From: Nemertoderma westbladi
Taxonomy: Eukaryota > Animalia > Xenacoelomorpha
Assembly (NCBI GenBank): GCA_032718475.1
Contig: JAUCBJ010004355.1
Coordinates: 1-62,900 of the forward strand
Direction of reading: 5' to 3'
Length of the DNA: 62,900 nucleotides
Shown: positions 42,901 through 55,800 of the stretch, in pieces
Layout: each line of letters opens with the position of its first letter
How positions within the stretch are numbered: position 1 is the first letter of the stretch
Made by a program: the position numbers and the translations under genes
Notes under the pieces: generated by a model
What the model saw: only the letters and a program-made list of their open reading frames with translations
Database searches by the model: none
What the model was told of the DNA's origin: nothing

Positions 42901-45900
42901 TATGTTGTCTCCACCCACCTCCACCCTATAAGAACCACGCCCACTATGTTGTCTCCACCCACCTCCACCTTATAAGAACCACGCCCGATATGTTGTCCCC
43001 ACCCACCTCCACCCTCTAAGAACCACGCCCCACTATGTTGTCTCCACCCACCTCCACCCTATAAGAACCACGCCCCACTATGTTGTCTCCACCCACCTCC
43101 ACCCTCTAAGAACCACGCCCCGATATGTTGTCCCCACCCACCTCCACCCTCTAAGAACCACGCCCGTTATGTTGTCCCCACCCACCTCCACCCTCTAAGA
43201 ACCACGCCCCACTATGTTGTCCCCACCCACCTCCACCCTTTAAGAACCACGTCCCGTTATGATGTCCCCACCCACCTCGACCCTCTAAGAACCACGCCCG
43301 CTATGTTGTCCCCACCAACCTCCACCCTCTAAGAACCACGCCCGTTATGTTGTCCCCACCCACCTCCACCCTCTAAGAACCACGCCCCACTATGTTGTCC
43401 CCACCCACCTCCACCCTCTAAGAACCACGCCCCACTATGTTGTCCCCACCCACCTCCACCCTCTAAGAACCACGCCCGTTGTGTTGTCCCCACCCACCTC
43501 CACCCTTTAAGAACCACGCCCGGATATGTTGTCCACACCCACCTCCACCCTTTAAGAACCACGCCCGTTATGTTGTCCCCACCCACCTCCACCCCCTAAG
43601 AACTACGCCGGTATGTTGTCCCCACCCACCTCCACCTTCTAAGAACCACGCCCGTTATGTTGTCCCCACCCACCTCCACCCTATAAGAACCACGCCCGTT
43701 ATGTTGTCCCCACCCACCTCCACCCTCTAAGAACCACGCCCCGCTATGTTGTCCCCACCCACCAACACCCTCTAAGAACTACGCCCCGATATGTTGTCCC
43801 CACCCACCTCCATCTTCTAAGAACCACGCCCCGATATGTTGTCCCCACCCACCTCCATCTTCTAAGAACCACGCCCCGATATGTTGTCCCCACCCACCTC
43901 CACCCTCTAAGAACCACGCCCCGATTTGTTGTCCCCACCCACCTCCACCCTATAAGAACCACGCCCGTTATGTTGTCCCCACCCACCTCCACCCTCTAAG
44001 AACCACGCCCGTTATGTTGTCCCCACCCACCTCCACCCTCTAAGAACTACGCCCCGATATGTTGTCCCCACCCACCTCCATCTTCTAAGAACCACGCCCC
44101 GCTATGTTGTCCCCACCCACCTCCACCCTCTAAGAACCACGCCCCGATATGTTGTCCCCACCCACCTCCATCTTCTAAGAACCACGCCCCGATATGTTGT
44201 CCCCACCCACCTCCACCCTCTAAGAACCACGCCCCGCCTATAAGAACCACGTCCCGTTATGTTGTCCCCACCCACCTCCACCCTCTAAGAACCACGCCCG
44301 ATATGTTGTCCCCACCCACCTCCACCCTATAAGAACCACGCCCGTTATGTTGTTCCCACCCACCTCCACCCTCTAAGAACCACGCCCCGCTATGTTGTCC
44401 CCACCCACCTCCACCCTATAAGAACTACGCCCCGATATGTTGTCCCCACCCACCTCCACCCTCTAAGAACCACGCCCCGCCTATAAGAACCACGTCCCGT
44501 TATGTTGTCCCCACCCACCTCCACCCTCTAAGAACCACGCCCGATATGTTGTCCCCACCCACCTCCACCCTATAAGAACCACGCCCGTTATGTTGTCCCC
44601 ACCCACCAACACCCTCTAAGAACTACGCCCCGATATGTTGTCCCCACCCACCTCCACCCTATAAGAACTACGCCCCGATATGTTGTCCCCACCCACCTCC
44701 ACCCTCTAAGAACCACGCCCCGCCTATAAGAACCACGTCCCGTTATGTTGTCCCCACCCACCTCCACCCTCTAAGAACCACGCCCGATATGTTGTCCCCA
44801 CCCACCTCCACCCTCTAAGAACCACGCCCCGCTATGTTGTCCCCACCCACCTCCACCCTCTAAGAACCACGCCCGTTATGTTGTCCCCACCCACCTCCAT
44901 CTTCTAAGAACCACGCCCCGATATGTTGTCCCCACCCACCTCCACCCTATAAGAACCACGCCCCACTATGTTGTCCCCACCCACCAACACTCTCTAAGAA
45001 CCACGCCCCGCTATGTTGTCCCCACCCACCTCCACCCTCTAAGAACCACGCCCCGATATGTTGTCCCCACCCACCTCCATCTTCTAAGAACCACGCCCCG
45101 ATATGTTGTCCCTACCCACCTCCACCCTCTAAGAACCACGCCCCGCCTATAAGAACCACGTCCCGTTATGTTGTCCCCACCACCTCCACCCTCTAAGAAC
45201 CACGCCCGTAATGTTGTCCCCACCCACATCCACCCTCTAAGAACCACGCCCGATATGTTGTCCCCACCCACCTCCACCCTCTAAGAACCACGCCCGATAT
45301 GTTGTCCCCACCCACCTCCACCCTCTAAGAACCACGCCCCGCTATGTTGTCCCCACCCACCTCCACCCTATAAGAACCACGCCCGATATGTTGTCCCCAC
45401 CCACCTCCACCCTCTAAGAACCACGCCCCGATATGTTGTCCCCACCCACCTCCACCCTCTAAGAACCACGCCCCGATATGTTGTCCCCACCCACCTCCAC
45501 CCTCTAAGAACCACGCCCCGATATGTTGTCCCCACCCACCTCCACCCTATAAGAACCACGCCCCGATATGTTGTCCCCACCCACCTCCACCCTCTAAGAA
45601 CAACGCCCGATATGTTGTCCCCACCCACCTCTTCCCTTTAAGAACCACGCCCCGCTATGTTGTCCCCACCCACCTCCACCCTCTAAGAACCACGCCCGAT
45701 ATGTTGTCCCCACCCACCTCCACCCTATAAGAACCACGCCCCGATATGTTGTCCCCACCCACCTCCACCCTCTAAGAACCACGCCCGATATGATGTCCCC
45801 ACCCACCTCGACCTCCTAAGAACCACGCCCGTTATGTTGTCCCCACCCACCTCCATCTTCTAAGTACCACGCCCCGATATGTTGTCCCCACCCACCTCCA

Positions 45901-48333
45901 CCCTCTAAGAACCACGCCTCGCCTATAAGAACCACGTCCCGTTATGTTGTCCCCACCCACCTCCACCCTCTAAGAACCACGCCCGATATGTTGTCCCCAC
46001 CCACCTCCACCCTCTAAGAACCACGCCCCGTTATGTTTTCCCCACCCACCTCCACCCTCTAAGAACCACGCCCGTTATGTTGTCCCCACCCACCCCGACC
46101 TCCTAAGAACCGCGCCCCGTTATGCTGTCCCCACCCACCTCCATCCTCTAAGAACCACGCCCGATATGTTGTCCCCACCCACCTCCACCCTCTAAGAACC
46201 ACGCCCGATATGTTGTCCCCACCCACCTCCACCCTATAAGAACCACGTCCCGTTATGATGTCCCCACCCACCTCGACCTCCTAAGAACCACGCCCCGTTA
46301 TGCTGTCCCCACCCACCTCCATCCTCTAAGAACCACGCCCGATATGTTGTCCCCACCCACCTCCACCCTCTAAGAACCACGCCCGTTATGTTGTCCCCAC
46401 CCACCTCGACCTCCTAAGAACCACGCCCCGTTATGCTGTCCCCACCCACCTCCATCCTCTAAGAACCACGCCCGATATGTTGTCCCCACCCACCTCCACC
46501 CTCTAAGAACCACGCCCGATATGTTGTCCCCACCCACCTCCACCCTATAAGAACCACGCCCCGTTATGCTGTCCCCACCCACCTCCATCCTCTAAGAACC
46601 ACGCCCGATATGTTGTCCCCACCCACCTCCACCCTCTAAGAACCACGCCCGATATGTTGTCCCCACCCACCTCCACCCTCTAAGAACCACGCCCGATATG
46701 TTGTCCCCACCCACCTCCACCCTCTAAGAACCACGCCCGATATGTTGTCCCCACCCACCTCCACCCTCTAAGAACCACGCCCCGATATGTTGTCCCCACC
46801 CACCTCCACCCTATAAGAACCACGCCCCGTTATGCTGTCCCCACCCACCTCCATCCTCTAAGAACCACGCCCGATATGTTGTCCCCACCCACCTCCACCC
46901 TCTAAGAACCACGCCCGATATGTTGTCCCCACCCACCTCCACCCTATAAGAACCACGTCCCGTTATGATGTCCCCACCCACCTCGACCCTCAAAGAACCA
47001 CGCCCGATATGTTGTCCCCACCCACCTCGACCTTCTGAGAACCACGCCCCGTTATGTTGTCCCCACCCACCAACACCCTCTAAGAACCACGCCGTTATGT
47101 TGTCCCCACCCACCTCCACCCTTTAAGAACCACGCCGGTATGTTGTCCCCACCCACCTCCACCCTCTAAGAACCACGCCCCGATATGTTGTCCCCACCCA
47201 CCTCCACCCTTTAAGAACCACGCCGGTATGTTGTCCCCACCCACCTCCACCCTCTAAGAACCACGCCCCGATATGTTGTCCCCACCCACCTCCACCCTCT
47301 AAGAACCACGCCCCGCTATGTTGTCCACACCCACCTCCACCCTTTAAGAACCACGCCGGTATGTTGTCCCCACCCACCTCCACCCTCTAAGAACCACGCC
47401 CCGATATGTTGTCCCCACCCACCTCCACCCTTTAAGAACCACGCCGGTATGGTGTCCCCACCCACCTCCACCCTCTAAGAACCACGCCCCGATATGTTGT
47501 CCCCACCCACCTCGACCTTCTAAGAACCACGCCCCGTTATGTTGTCCCCACCCACCTCCACCCTCTAAGAACCACGCCCGTTATGTTGTCCCCACCCACC
47601 TCCACCCTTTAAGAACCACGCCGGTATGTTGTCCCCACCCACCTCCACCCTCTAAGAACCACGCCCCGATATGTTGTCCCCACCCACCTCCACCCTTTAA
47701 GAACCACGCCGGTATGTTGTCCCCACCCACCTCCACCCTCTAAGAACCACGCCGGTATGTTGTCCCCACCCACCTCCACCCTCTAAGAACCACGCCCCGA
47801 TATGTTGTCTCCACCCACCTCCACCCTCTAAGAACCACGCCCCGCTATGTTGTCCCCACCCACCTCCACCCTCTAAGAACCACGCCCGATATGTTGTCCC
47901 CACCCACCTCCACCCTCTAAGAACCACGCCGGTATGTTGTCCCCACCCACCTCCACCCTCTAAGAACCACGCCGGTATGTTGTCCCCACCCACCTCCACC
48001 CTCTAAGAACCACGCCCCGATATGTTGTCTCCACCCACCTCCACCCTCTAAGAACCACGCCCCGCTATGTTGTCCCCACCCACCTCCACCCTCTAAGAAC
48101 CACGCCCGATATGTTGTCCCCACCCACCTCCACCCTCTAAGAACCACGCCCCGATATGTTGTCCCCACCCACCTCCGCCCTCTAAGAACCACGCCCGTAA
48201 TGTTGTCCCCACCCACCTCCACCCTCTAAGAACCGCGCTCCGATATGTTGTCCCCACCCACCTCGATCTTTTAAGAACCACGCCCGTTATATTATCCCCA
48301 CCCACCTCGACCCTCTAAGAACCACGCCCCGAT
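39932..48333. repeat. 43-45-bp minisatellite array, ~190 copies, C-rich on + and G-rich on -
   Basis: Consensus AAGAACCACGCCC(C)GWTATGTTGTCCCCACCCACCTCCACCCTCT; first units at 39939, 39983, 40028, 40072. A 1697-bp higher-order duplication is shown by identical ORF-track entries at 40603 and 42300. Confidence 0.96.
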
Positions 48334-48335
48334 GC

Positions 48336-48617
48336 CAGGGGCGTAGCCTGAATCTGTCTTGGGGAAGGGCAAACGTTTTGAATTACTACTGTATATTCCA
48401 TACCTAATTCATTATATGGAATAGAGATGTATATTCTAGGTATTCCAGGTCCATATCACTGAAACAGTAACGGCACACAACTACAGAAAGCTGCAACATT
48501 TGCAACATCACCGCACATCCCAGGAGGGGATTGCCTCACGTTTGGGCCATGTCACACCCCAAGGATCTTGCGGTGGCCACATCTTGCGCTATTTGCCCCC
48601 CTCTGGAAACTCCTATG
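48336..48617. mobile_element. Possible degenerate MITE abutting the second array
   Basis: Left end CAGGGGCGTAGCCTG...GGGGAAGGGCAAA; reverse complement of right end CATAGGAGTTTCCAGAGGGGGGCAAA. Imperfect TIRs; no TSD found. Confidence 0.3.
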
Positions 48618-49353
48618 GCAGCGACAGGTACGTTATTCTAATTAAAACAATAAAAGGAAGATTTTTCTCGTAATCGTTATTTGAGTAAAATTTTCCACTG
48701 GGGAGGGTTGATATCGATCGCGTCAAGAGTACCGGATCGGTACCCCCTATTTGGCACGCCACATTAACAAATGAGGTTAATGCTGATATGATTACGTCAT
48801 TTCGTATTCTATATTCAGACATTAGTGGGCATTATGGAATAAATACAAATAGACTATAATAATCTCCCATTCCATTAACAGAAATCTTATTGAAATGCCA
48901 GCGCTGGGAGCTACAATCATCTCACTTTAATTGGCTATTTGATTTCTGTATTTGAGGTTTATACAATGTTCTATGGAAGGCATTGGAACTGTTGCTGATA
49001 GTGCCAGCTCTTTCATTCCCTTCACATCATAATCCTTTATAATGGTGACTAATTATTTAATGATAAATTTACTTTTTATTCTCTCACATCAATTCCATCA
49101 ATCACAAACAGTACAGATATAAGATAGCAGAGCCTGCCCAGTAAGCCTACTACTTTAGAGACGGGGGGGGGGTAGGGGGGACAAGACGCAAATCCCATCT
49201 CGGCGAATTAATATCGACTGGCTATAAATAGCCATTAAGTAGATTATTTAATATTAGAATTAGGTAGATTAATTAAATAGTTATTAATAGCTATACCCCG
49301 CCTACCGGTAGGTAATGCAGTAGGCCTATCTGGCTGTCAGGCAAATTTCCACC

Positions 49354-49445
49354 TATTGTTTACGTGGTATCCAATGACGGCGTTAAGTAATGTCCCCTTA
49401 GTGGACATTACTATAACGCCGTCATGGATTACCACGTAAACAATA
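49354..49445. repeat. 92-nt near-perfect inverted repeat (hairpin)
   Basis: Left arm TATTGTTTACGTGGTATCCAATGACGGCGTTAAGTAATGTCC versus reverse complement of right arm TATTGTTTACGTGGTAATCCATGACGGCGTTATAGTAATGTCC; ~7-nt loop. Confidence 0.9.
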
Positions 49446-49800
49446 ACACCAAATACAATACTAAATGTACAGGCCAATACAATACAATGCTGTAATGTCC
49501 TCTAAAGTTGTAAAGTGCTAAATAACAACTCGCTGTTAATACTAACGGCGTTGAGTAATGTTACAATTTTCGAATAAAATAAATTTTTTCATTGCTTCGC
49601 ATTTGTAAACACTAGAGCCAAAAATGCATTTCTCAAAAATTTACGTCTTTTTAATGTCAAAATATAGGTCGAATTTTTGACACATTATTTTTGTAGATGA
49701 TAATAGATGAGTTTGAATATTATGTTCCTAAAAAAAATTTACAAACTGTCATATGTATGGGCGGTGCAGCGCCCGTTTTTTTAAAGGGTGCCTCAAAATG

Positions 49801-50771
49801 GGTTCCCCGGCTTTAGATCCTAGAGCACCTTAGATCCTGAACGAACTTAAATCTTTCCCATAGGAACTTAGATCCTTCCCATACGAACTTAGATCCTTCC
49901 CATACGAACTTAGATCCTTCCCATACGAACATAGATCCTTCCCATACGAACTTAGATCCTTCCCATACGAACTTAGAACCTTCCCATAGGAAATTAGATC
50001 CTTCCCATACGAACTTAGATCCTTCCCATAGGAACTTAGATCCTTCCCATACGAACTTAGATCCTTCCCATAGGAACTTAGATCCTCAACATACGAAACT
50101 TAGATCCCACCTTGCATATTGCTGTACCGTAGCTGTGTGCTTTGTTAATGTGAAATGTCATTCCCATAGGCCAGCAGACCTTACTGTAATGTAAATATTA
50201 TAACGCTTGAAGGGAAGCGAACTTAGATCCCACCACCAATACATTGCAATGAATTAGCTATTAATTGGCAAATTATAGTTTGTTGGTGAGTCACTGATCG
50301 CAACTACTTTGAGTGTATGACTGACAGTATGACTTATTTGCATTAGATCATTATAAGTAGTTTTATATGCTTAATGAAACACAGTACAGAAGGTACACTA
50401 CAATATCGATAGAACGCGGCCAACGCACAGTACACGTGGGATCTAAGTTCGCTTCTCCTCTAGCGTGTGCTAAGAAATTTATATAAATTGGGATCTAAGT
50501 CAACCTAAGATCTAAGTTCGCTTTGCTTTCAACGTGTGATCTAAGTTCGCTTCGCGACTAGCATGATGATTACGAAAGGCTTTTTAATAGCATATATTGG
50601 GATCTAAGTTCACCTAGTTAGGATCTAAGTTCACCCAGGTAGGATCTAAGTTCACCTAATTAGGATCTAAGTTCACCTAGTTAGGATCTAAGTTCACCCA
50701 GATAGGACCTAAGTTCGGAAAGATCTAAGTTCATCAAAGTCAGGCCTTGCAGGATCTAAGTTCGTTTTACC
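49801..50771. mobile_element. Non-autonomous Mutator/foldback-like DNA transposon with modular inverted ends
   Basis: Flanked by CTCAAAATG at 49792-49800 and 50772-50780 (9-bp TSD if termini are GGT...ACC). Left half has 21-bp tandem units containing GAACTTAGATCC; right half has 21-bp units containing the inverse GGATCTAAGTTC. No transposase ORF. Confidence 0.7.
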
Positions 50772-52319
50772 CTCAAAATGGGGTGACTTGATATTGTTTA
50801 ACTGTAATTCATTAGCCTCTACCATCTACGGCACTAGGGTATATTGCAGTTTTTTCTAAAATGTTCTTACGTAGACCTTGATTTTGCAAAATTTGTGCTT
50901 AAATTCATTGATTTAGTTTGCAGTTTTGTCTAAAATGTTTTGTCTTACTTACTGGTGTTAGAATGTCACTATGCAAAGAAAGTCTTTTTCATTTTTAAAG
51001 TGCAATTTATGCAAATTTATGTAATTTTGTGTTATTTAATTTAAAGTTTATATTATATTATTAGCTAATAAATTGATGTAAATTGTTGATCTCAGGAGGT
51101 AGGCCTACGCCTACCGGTGTTGTCGGAACTACGAAATAGGCCTACTGAAATAGTCGCCTGAAAGTTCGAAATTAATGCTTTTAATCTGTCAATACGCAAT
51201 AGGCCTACGAGCCTACGGTACAGCAATGGGCGAAAGGCATAGGCCTATTGAATACTAAACTATTTTGGGGTAGTTCAGTAGTTTTATACTACCGGTATTT
51301 CTGTATTTTGGGGTAATTCGTAGGACCGCTTTTAATATTTCAAATGCATTTAAACTACCAAACATCAGTAAAGTTGCCGTGATGGGCCAATGCCAACTTT
51401 TGGCTACAAATTTGGTCACTATTAAAATATTTACCTTAATTTGTCATGCTTTTTTTTCTCAGATTTATTAGGTAATATCACATCACATCTGACATCAGTC
51501 AGTCAGTTGAAAGCAATTTTTTCGTCGATGATTCCCCTACTGCCCTATGCCCGTGGGCCATGCTGCCATGACGAGCCACTTACAGACTTATACTTTACTT
51601 TATTCAAACTTTGATCATTTAACTGCCTGCCTGTGTGCTGTGCCCATAGCAATTTACCGAATATCTTTTTAAGAAATCTAATCGAATTAGTTATATAGGC
51701 CTACCGGAACCGGTAGCGGCGGTAGGGCTACTAGCTGACTAGAGTAAATAAATAAATATACCGGTAGTAGTAAGGTTAATATATGATATAGGCCTAGGCC
51801 TAGAGAATACGTACGCGATTTAAATCTATTATTTATAAATTTATTCATGATATTATTTATATACTAATCAGCTAATTCATGATGTATACAATATTACTGT
51901 ATTACCGGTAGTAATATGTAAGTAGACCTATGCAATACCGGTATACAATAAAATAAATTATTAAAATAAGAATGTAGTATGTTATGTATGTATGTAATGT
52001 AAGTATTAAGTAAAGTAGGCCTATGTATATAGTATGTAAAGTAAAGTATGTCAGTATGTACAGATGTAGGCCTATATCTAGGTAAAATACCGGTATGTAT
52101 GTAAACTACCGGTAAGGTAAAGTATGTATATCTAGCATTCAACCCCACTCTTACACCAGCAAATGACCAGTACACCCCCATCTATTTATACACAACGTAT
52201 TACCACTGTCATTGAGTGTCACGACTTTCCGACTTTGTAGCACTCGCTTAAATGTTGAAACTGCTAGATGGCATGGGATTGCTGCAGAAAATGGGTGTGT
52301 GTGTGGAGATGTCCAGACA

Positions 52320-52506
52320 GAGGGTCATGTAATAAATTTGTAAAGTTTTTCATTGGTATCCATATTGAGGGTCACGTAATAGATTTGTATCAAGTTTTTC
52401 ATTGGTATCCACTATCCATATTATGTGTATTTGAAAATCGTTTCCATATTTTGTGTATCTGAAAATCGTTTCCGTATTTCAGTATTTTGTGTATTTGAAA
52501 CTCGTT
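52320..52506. repeat. Short local tandem duplications upstream of the SORL1-like gene
   Basis: GAGGGTCAYGTAATARATTTGTA..AAGTTTTTCATTGGTATCCA occurs twice (52320, 52367), followed by three copies of TGTGTATYTGAAAMTCGTTT. Confidence 0.7.
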
Positions 52507-52878
52507 TAGGCCTATGTTAATATAAGTGATATTTGGTTTAGGTTATTGTTTATTGTACTGTTGTATATTATGTTTTATTGCATATTTGATAGGCCTATAT
52601 GATATTATATTCGATATTTGTGTTTATGATGTCGTTATTGTGGTAACTGTTAAAATCTCAAAATATTTGTCAATAAACTTAACTCACTAACTATGGATGT
52701 AGTGTAGGGTAGTGAAGCGTCCACAAGTAACTAATCTATACTAGTCCTACATCCTACCGCTATTAGTCTGTTAGTAGGCCTATTATTACTGTATTAAGAT
52801 GAAATAAGAAATAAAAATATATATGGACAATATATAGCAATATATAGGCCCTATATAAGTGATTCCAAGATCGTGAAA

Positions 52879-55800
52879 ATGAGGTTTTTGTTCCTAACAT
52901 TGTTACCTCTGATACTTCTATCCCTAAGAGGGACCAGAGCTTCAACTTTTACAGAAAATGAAATTATAAATATAAATAATCAACAGCAGAAAATTCAAAG
53001 GCGGTTACATGGACACCCAATTGGGAAAACGGAAGAAGACAGAGGGCTTATCATTATCAATAAGCAAATTGAAGAAATGCATTCTGATAATGTAGGCAAG
53101 TTCAAACCTAAACGAGCCAAGCGAAGTGTGGAAATTGAGTTTGACCCTCACTTAACCCATGTTGTTAATTTGAACAGCACATTTACGCAACTGGTGGTTC
53201 ATTGGATGGGTAATTCGGATGATAGTTCATCACTATTTGTCATTGGAAGAAACTACAATTCAGTGACCAACACTCCAGAATCAATACGATATAGTGAAGT
53301 CTACGTATCACGTGACTATGGTAAATCGTTTCTTTCCATACAAGATTCTCTGAATAAGCTAATGATGAAAGGTGAGGCTAAAGTGTATACATTCTACCCT
53401 GTCAATCATAATACTATGATTCTTGCTGACCAAATAAACAACTGCATTTTTATTACCTTTGATGGTGGCCAAATATTTACAATGAAGAAACTACCTTTTA
53501 AGCCTACATTCTTGTCAGTAGATCCACAGATATTTCGATTTGTTGTGGGTTACAATATACAAGACGCATCCCCTACTTTGTATATCAGTAATAACAATGG
53601 GCTCAATTGGCGTCCTTCTTTTGAACATGTTATGAGCACATCCTGGATGGGGTACTCCCTGTTTGTACAAAGAAAAGAACCAAGTGGAAAATCTACTATT
53701 TTTAAAATTACTAACTTGGATATTGACCAAACTATAGGCTATGTTAGACCTGAAATCGTATTGGAAGATGTATCAGACTTTTTTGAGATAAAGGGTAATT
53801 TTATGTTTGCTACAAAATTGAACAACAATGGTAAATTAGAACTTTGGGTTTCACATAATTCAGGCCCTTTTAGAATCGCAGAAGTACCCATGCCTAACAA
53901 TGATATTGAAGGGAAAGGATATGGATTTCAACGTGAATACTATGTAGCAGATGCATCAGAGGGTCAGGTATTTTTATGTGTAACACACAATCAAACATCT
54001 GCTAATCTGTATATTTCAAAATATGCTGGAATTTCATATACACTTTCACTTAATGACATTGTATATTATAGCCCCCATTATTCACCATGGTTACCTGATG
54101 AAACGTTCGCAGATATTCATAAGGTGGCAGGAATCAATGGAGTTTATATTGCTTCAGTAGTACAACACACATCAGGAAAGTCTGACATTCATAGCTTAAT
54201 CACTTATGATAAAGGTGGAGAATGGCAGAATATACCAGCACCCAGATATGGGAGTGATGGTCAATCATTATGCAAATTGAATAATGAATGTTTCTTACTT
54301 CTCTCACAGAAAGTACAAGAGGATATTTTAATATTATCAAGTAATTCTGCACCTGGTTTTATATTGGCTATGGGCATAATCATAAACACAAAAAAAATTG
54401 AGCCTGATTTATATTTGTCTACTGATGCTGGTAATACCTGGAGAGAAATAGCAAAACAATCACATTTCTATTCTTTTGGAGATCATGGAGGCATTATAAT
54501 AGCAGTTCCCAAAGGTCGCAAAACTGATTCTGTGTATTATTCTTATGATATGGGAGACACATGGCACAAAATTCGGCTCTTTCCTGAAAGTGACAAAGCT
54601 TTAGAAATGTATGGGTTGTTATCCCGACCTGGAGAAGCTAGTTCAGTTTTTACACTGTTTGGCAGCCAAATCGGGCTGGAGCAGTGGGAAGTTATCCAGA
54701 TTAACACAACTAGCTTGTTAGGGCCACCTTGCAAAGAATCTCAATATAAAAAGTGGTCACCATCTGATGAAAGGGAAGGAACAGGGTGCATATTAGGACG
54801 CAATATAGCATATTTGCGACGCAAATCCAAGGAGCATTGCTACAATGGGGAAAATTATGACAATGCAATGGAAACTCGCAATTGTTCATGCACAAGGGGA
54901 GATTTTGAATGTGATGTTGGTTATGATGAGTCTGGGCACAATCGAAAATGCCATCGACTTCCAGACCACACTAAAGAAGATGACTATCCAATTCATTGCC
55001 CAGAAGGTACTGGCGTCAATATTACACAAGGTTACCGAAGAGTGGAAGGTGATACATGTCTTGAAGTTAGAGGTAGTGGGTATTTACCAATTCGCTCATT
55101 ATGTCCAGCAAGAGAAGAAAATTATTTCCTTCTGTATAATGATGGTCAATTTCTACATCGTCTCACATTAATTGATAATTCAAATGAGGATATACATCAA
55201 CCTTCAAGATCTTCTCGAAACCTTGCCTTTGATTATAAAACAAATACTATATTTTGGGCTTCTGAATTATCAATAATGAAGCAGAATCTTTCGGAAATTG
55301 AACATCCATGGGGACATTTAGTAGTATCACTACATGATAGTTCTGTAGTCGATATGAAATATGACCCAACTTCTGGTAATATATATTGGATCGTGGCATC
55401 TGGTTCTGATTATTCTGTCAATGTAGCATCGACTACATATAAGTATGCACCAAGGACTCTGAAAAGTTATTTTAATACTATTAATACCAGTAGTGATGTT
55501 CCTACTTCCTTAGAATTGGTTCCAAGCAAGGGTAAGATGTTTATTGCATACATGAATATCACAAGCAGCCGGGGAAAAATTATTCGCTCTGATATGGACT
55601 GTACCAATAGTGAAGAAATTATTTCCAATGATATAGGAGCAGTATTTTCACTCGTTTCAAATAAAATGCATATATATTGGATTAATAATATTGAAAATGC
55701 CATTAGAATAGAATACAGCGGTTTTGATGGACAAAATAGGGGTGTACTAGTAAGTGACACTTCAAAATTGAATATGGCTTCACCATTGTCAGTATTCCGC

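Noticed and set aside
40603-48305. Short Gly/Trp- or Pro/His-rich ORFs in the 44-bp array
   Set aside because: Unit length of 43-45 bp causes constant frameshifts and stops; these are repeat artefacts.
261-48333. CRISPR array
   Set aside because: Units are head-to-tail without unique spacers, there are no cas genes, and the context is eukaryotic and spliced.
48850-49030. Candidate upstream UBE2J1 exons (minus-strand RWHFN, MKELA)
   Set aside because: Similarity is limited to 3-4 residues, flanks do not match, and stops are nearby.
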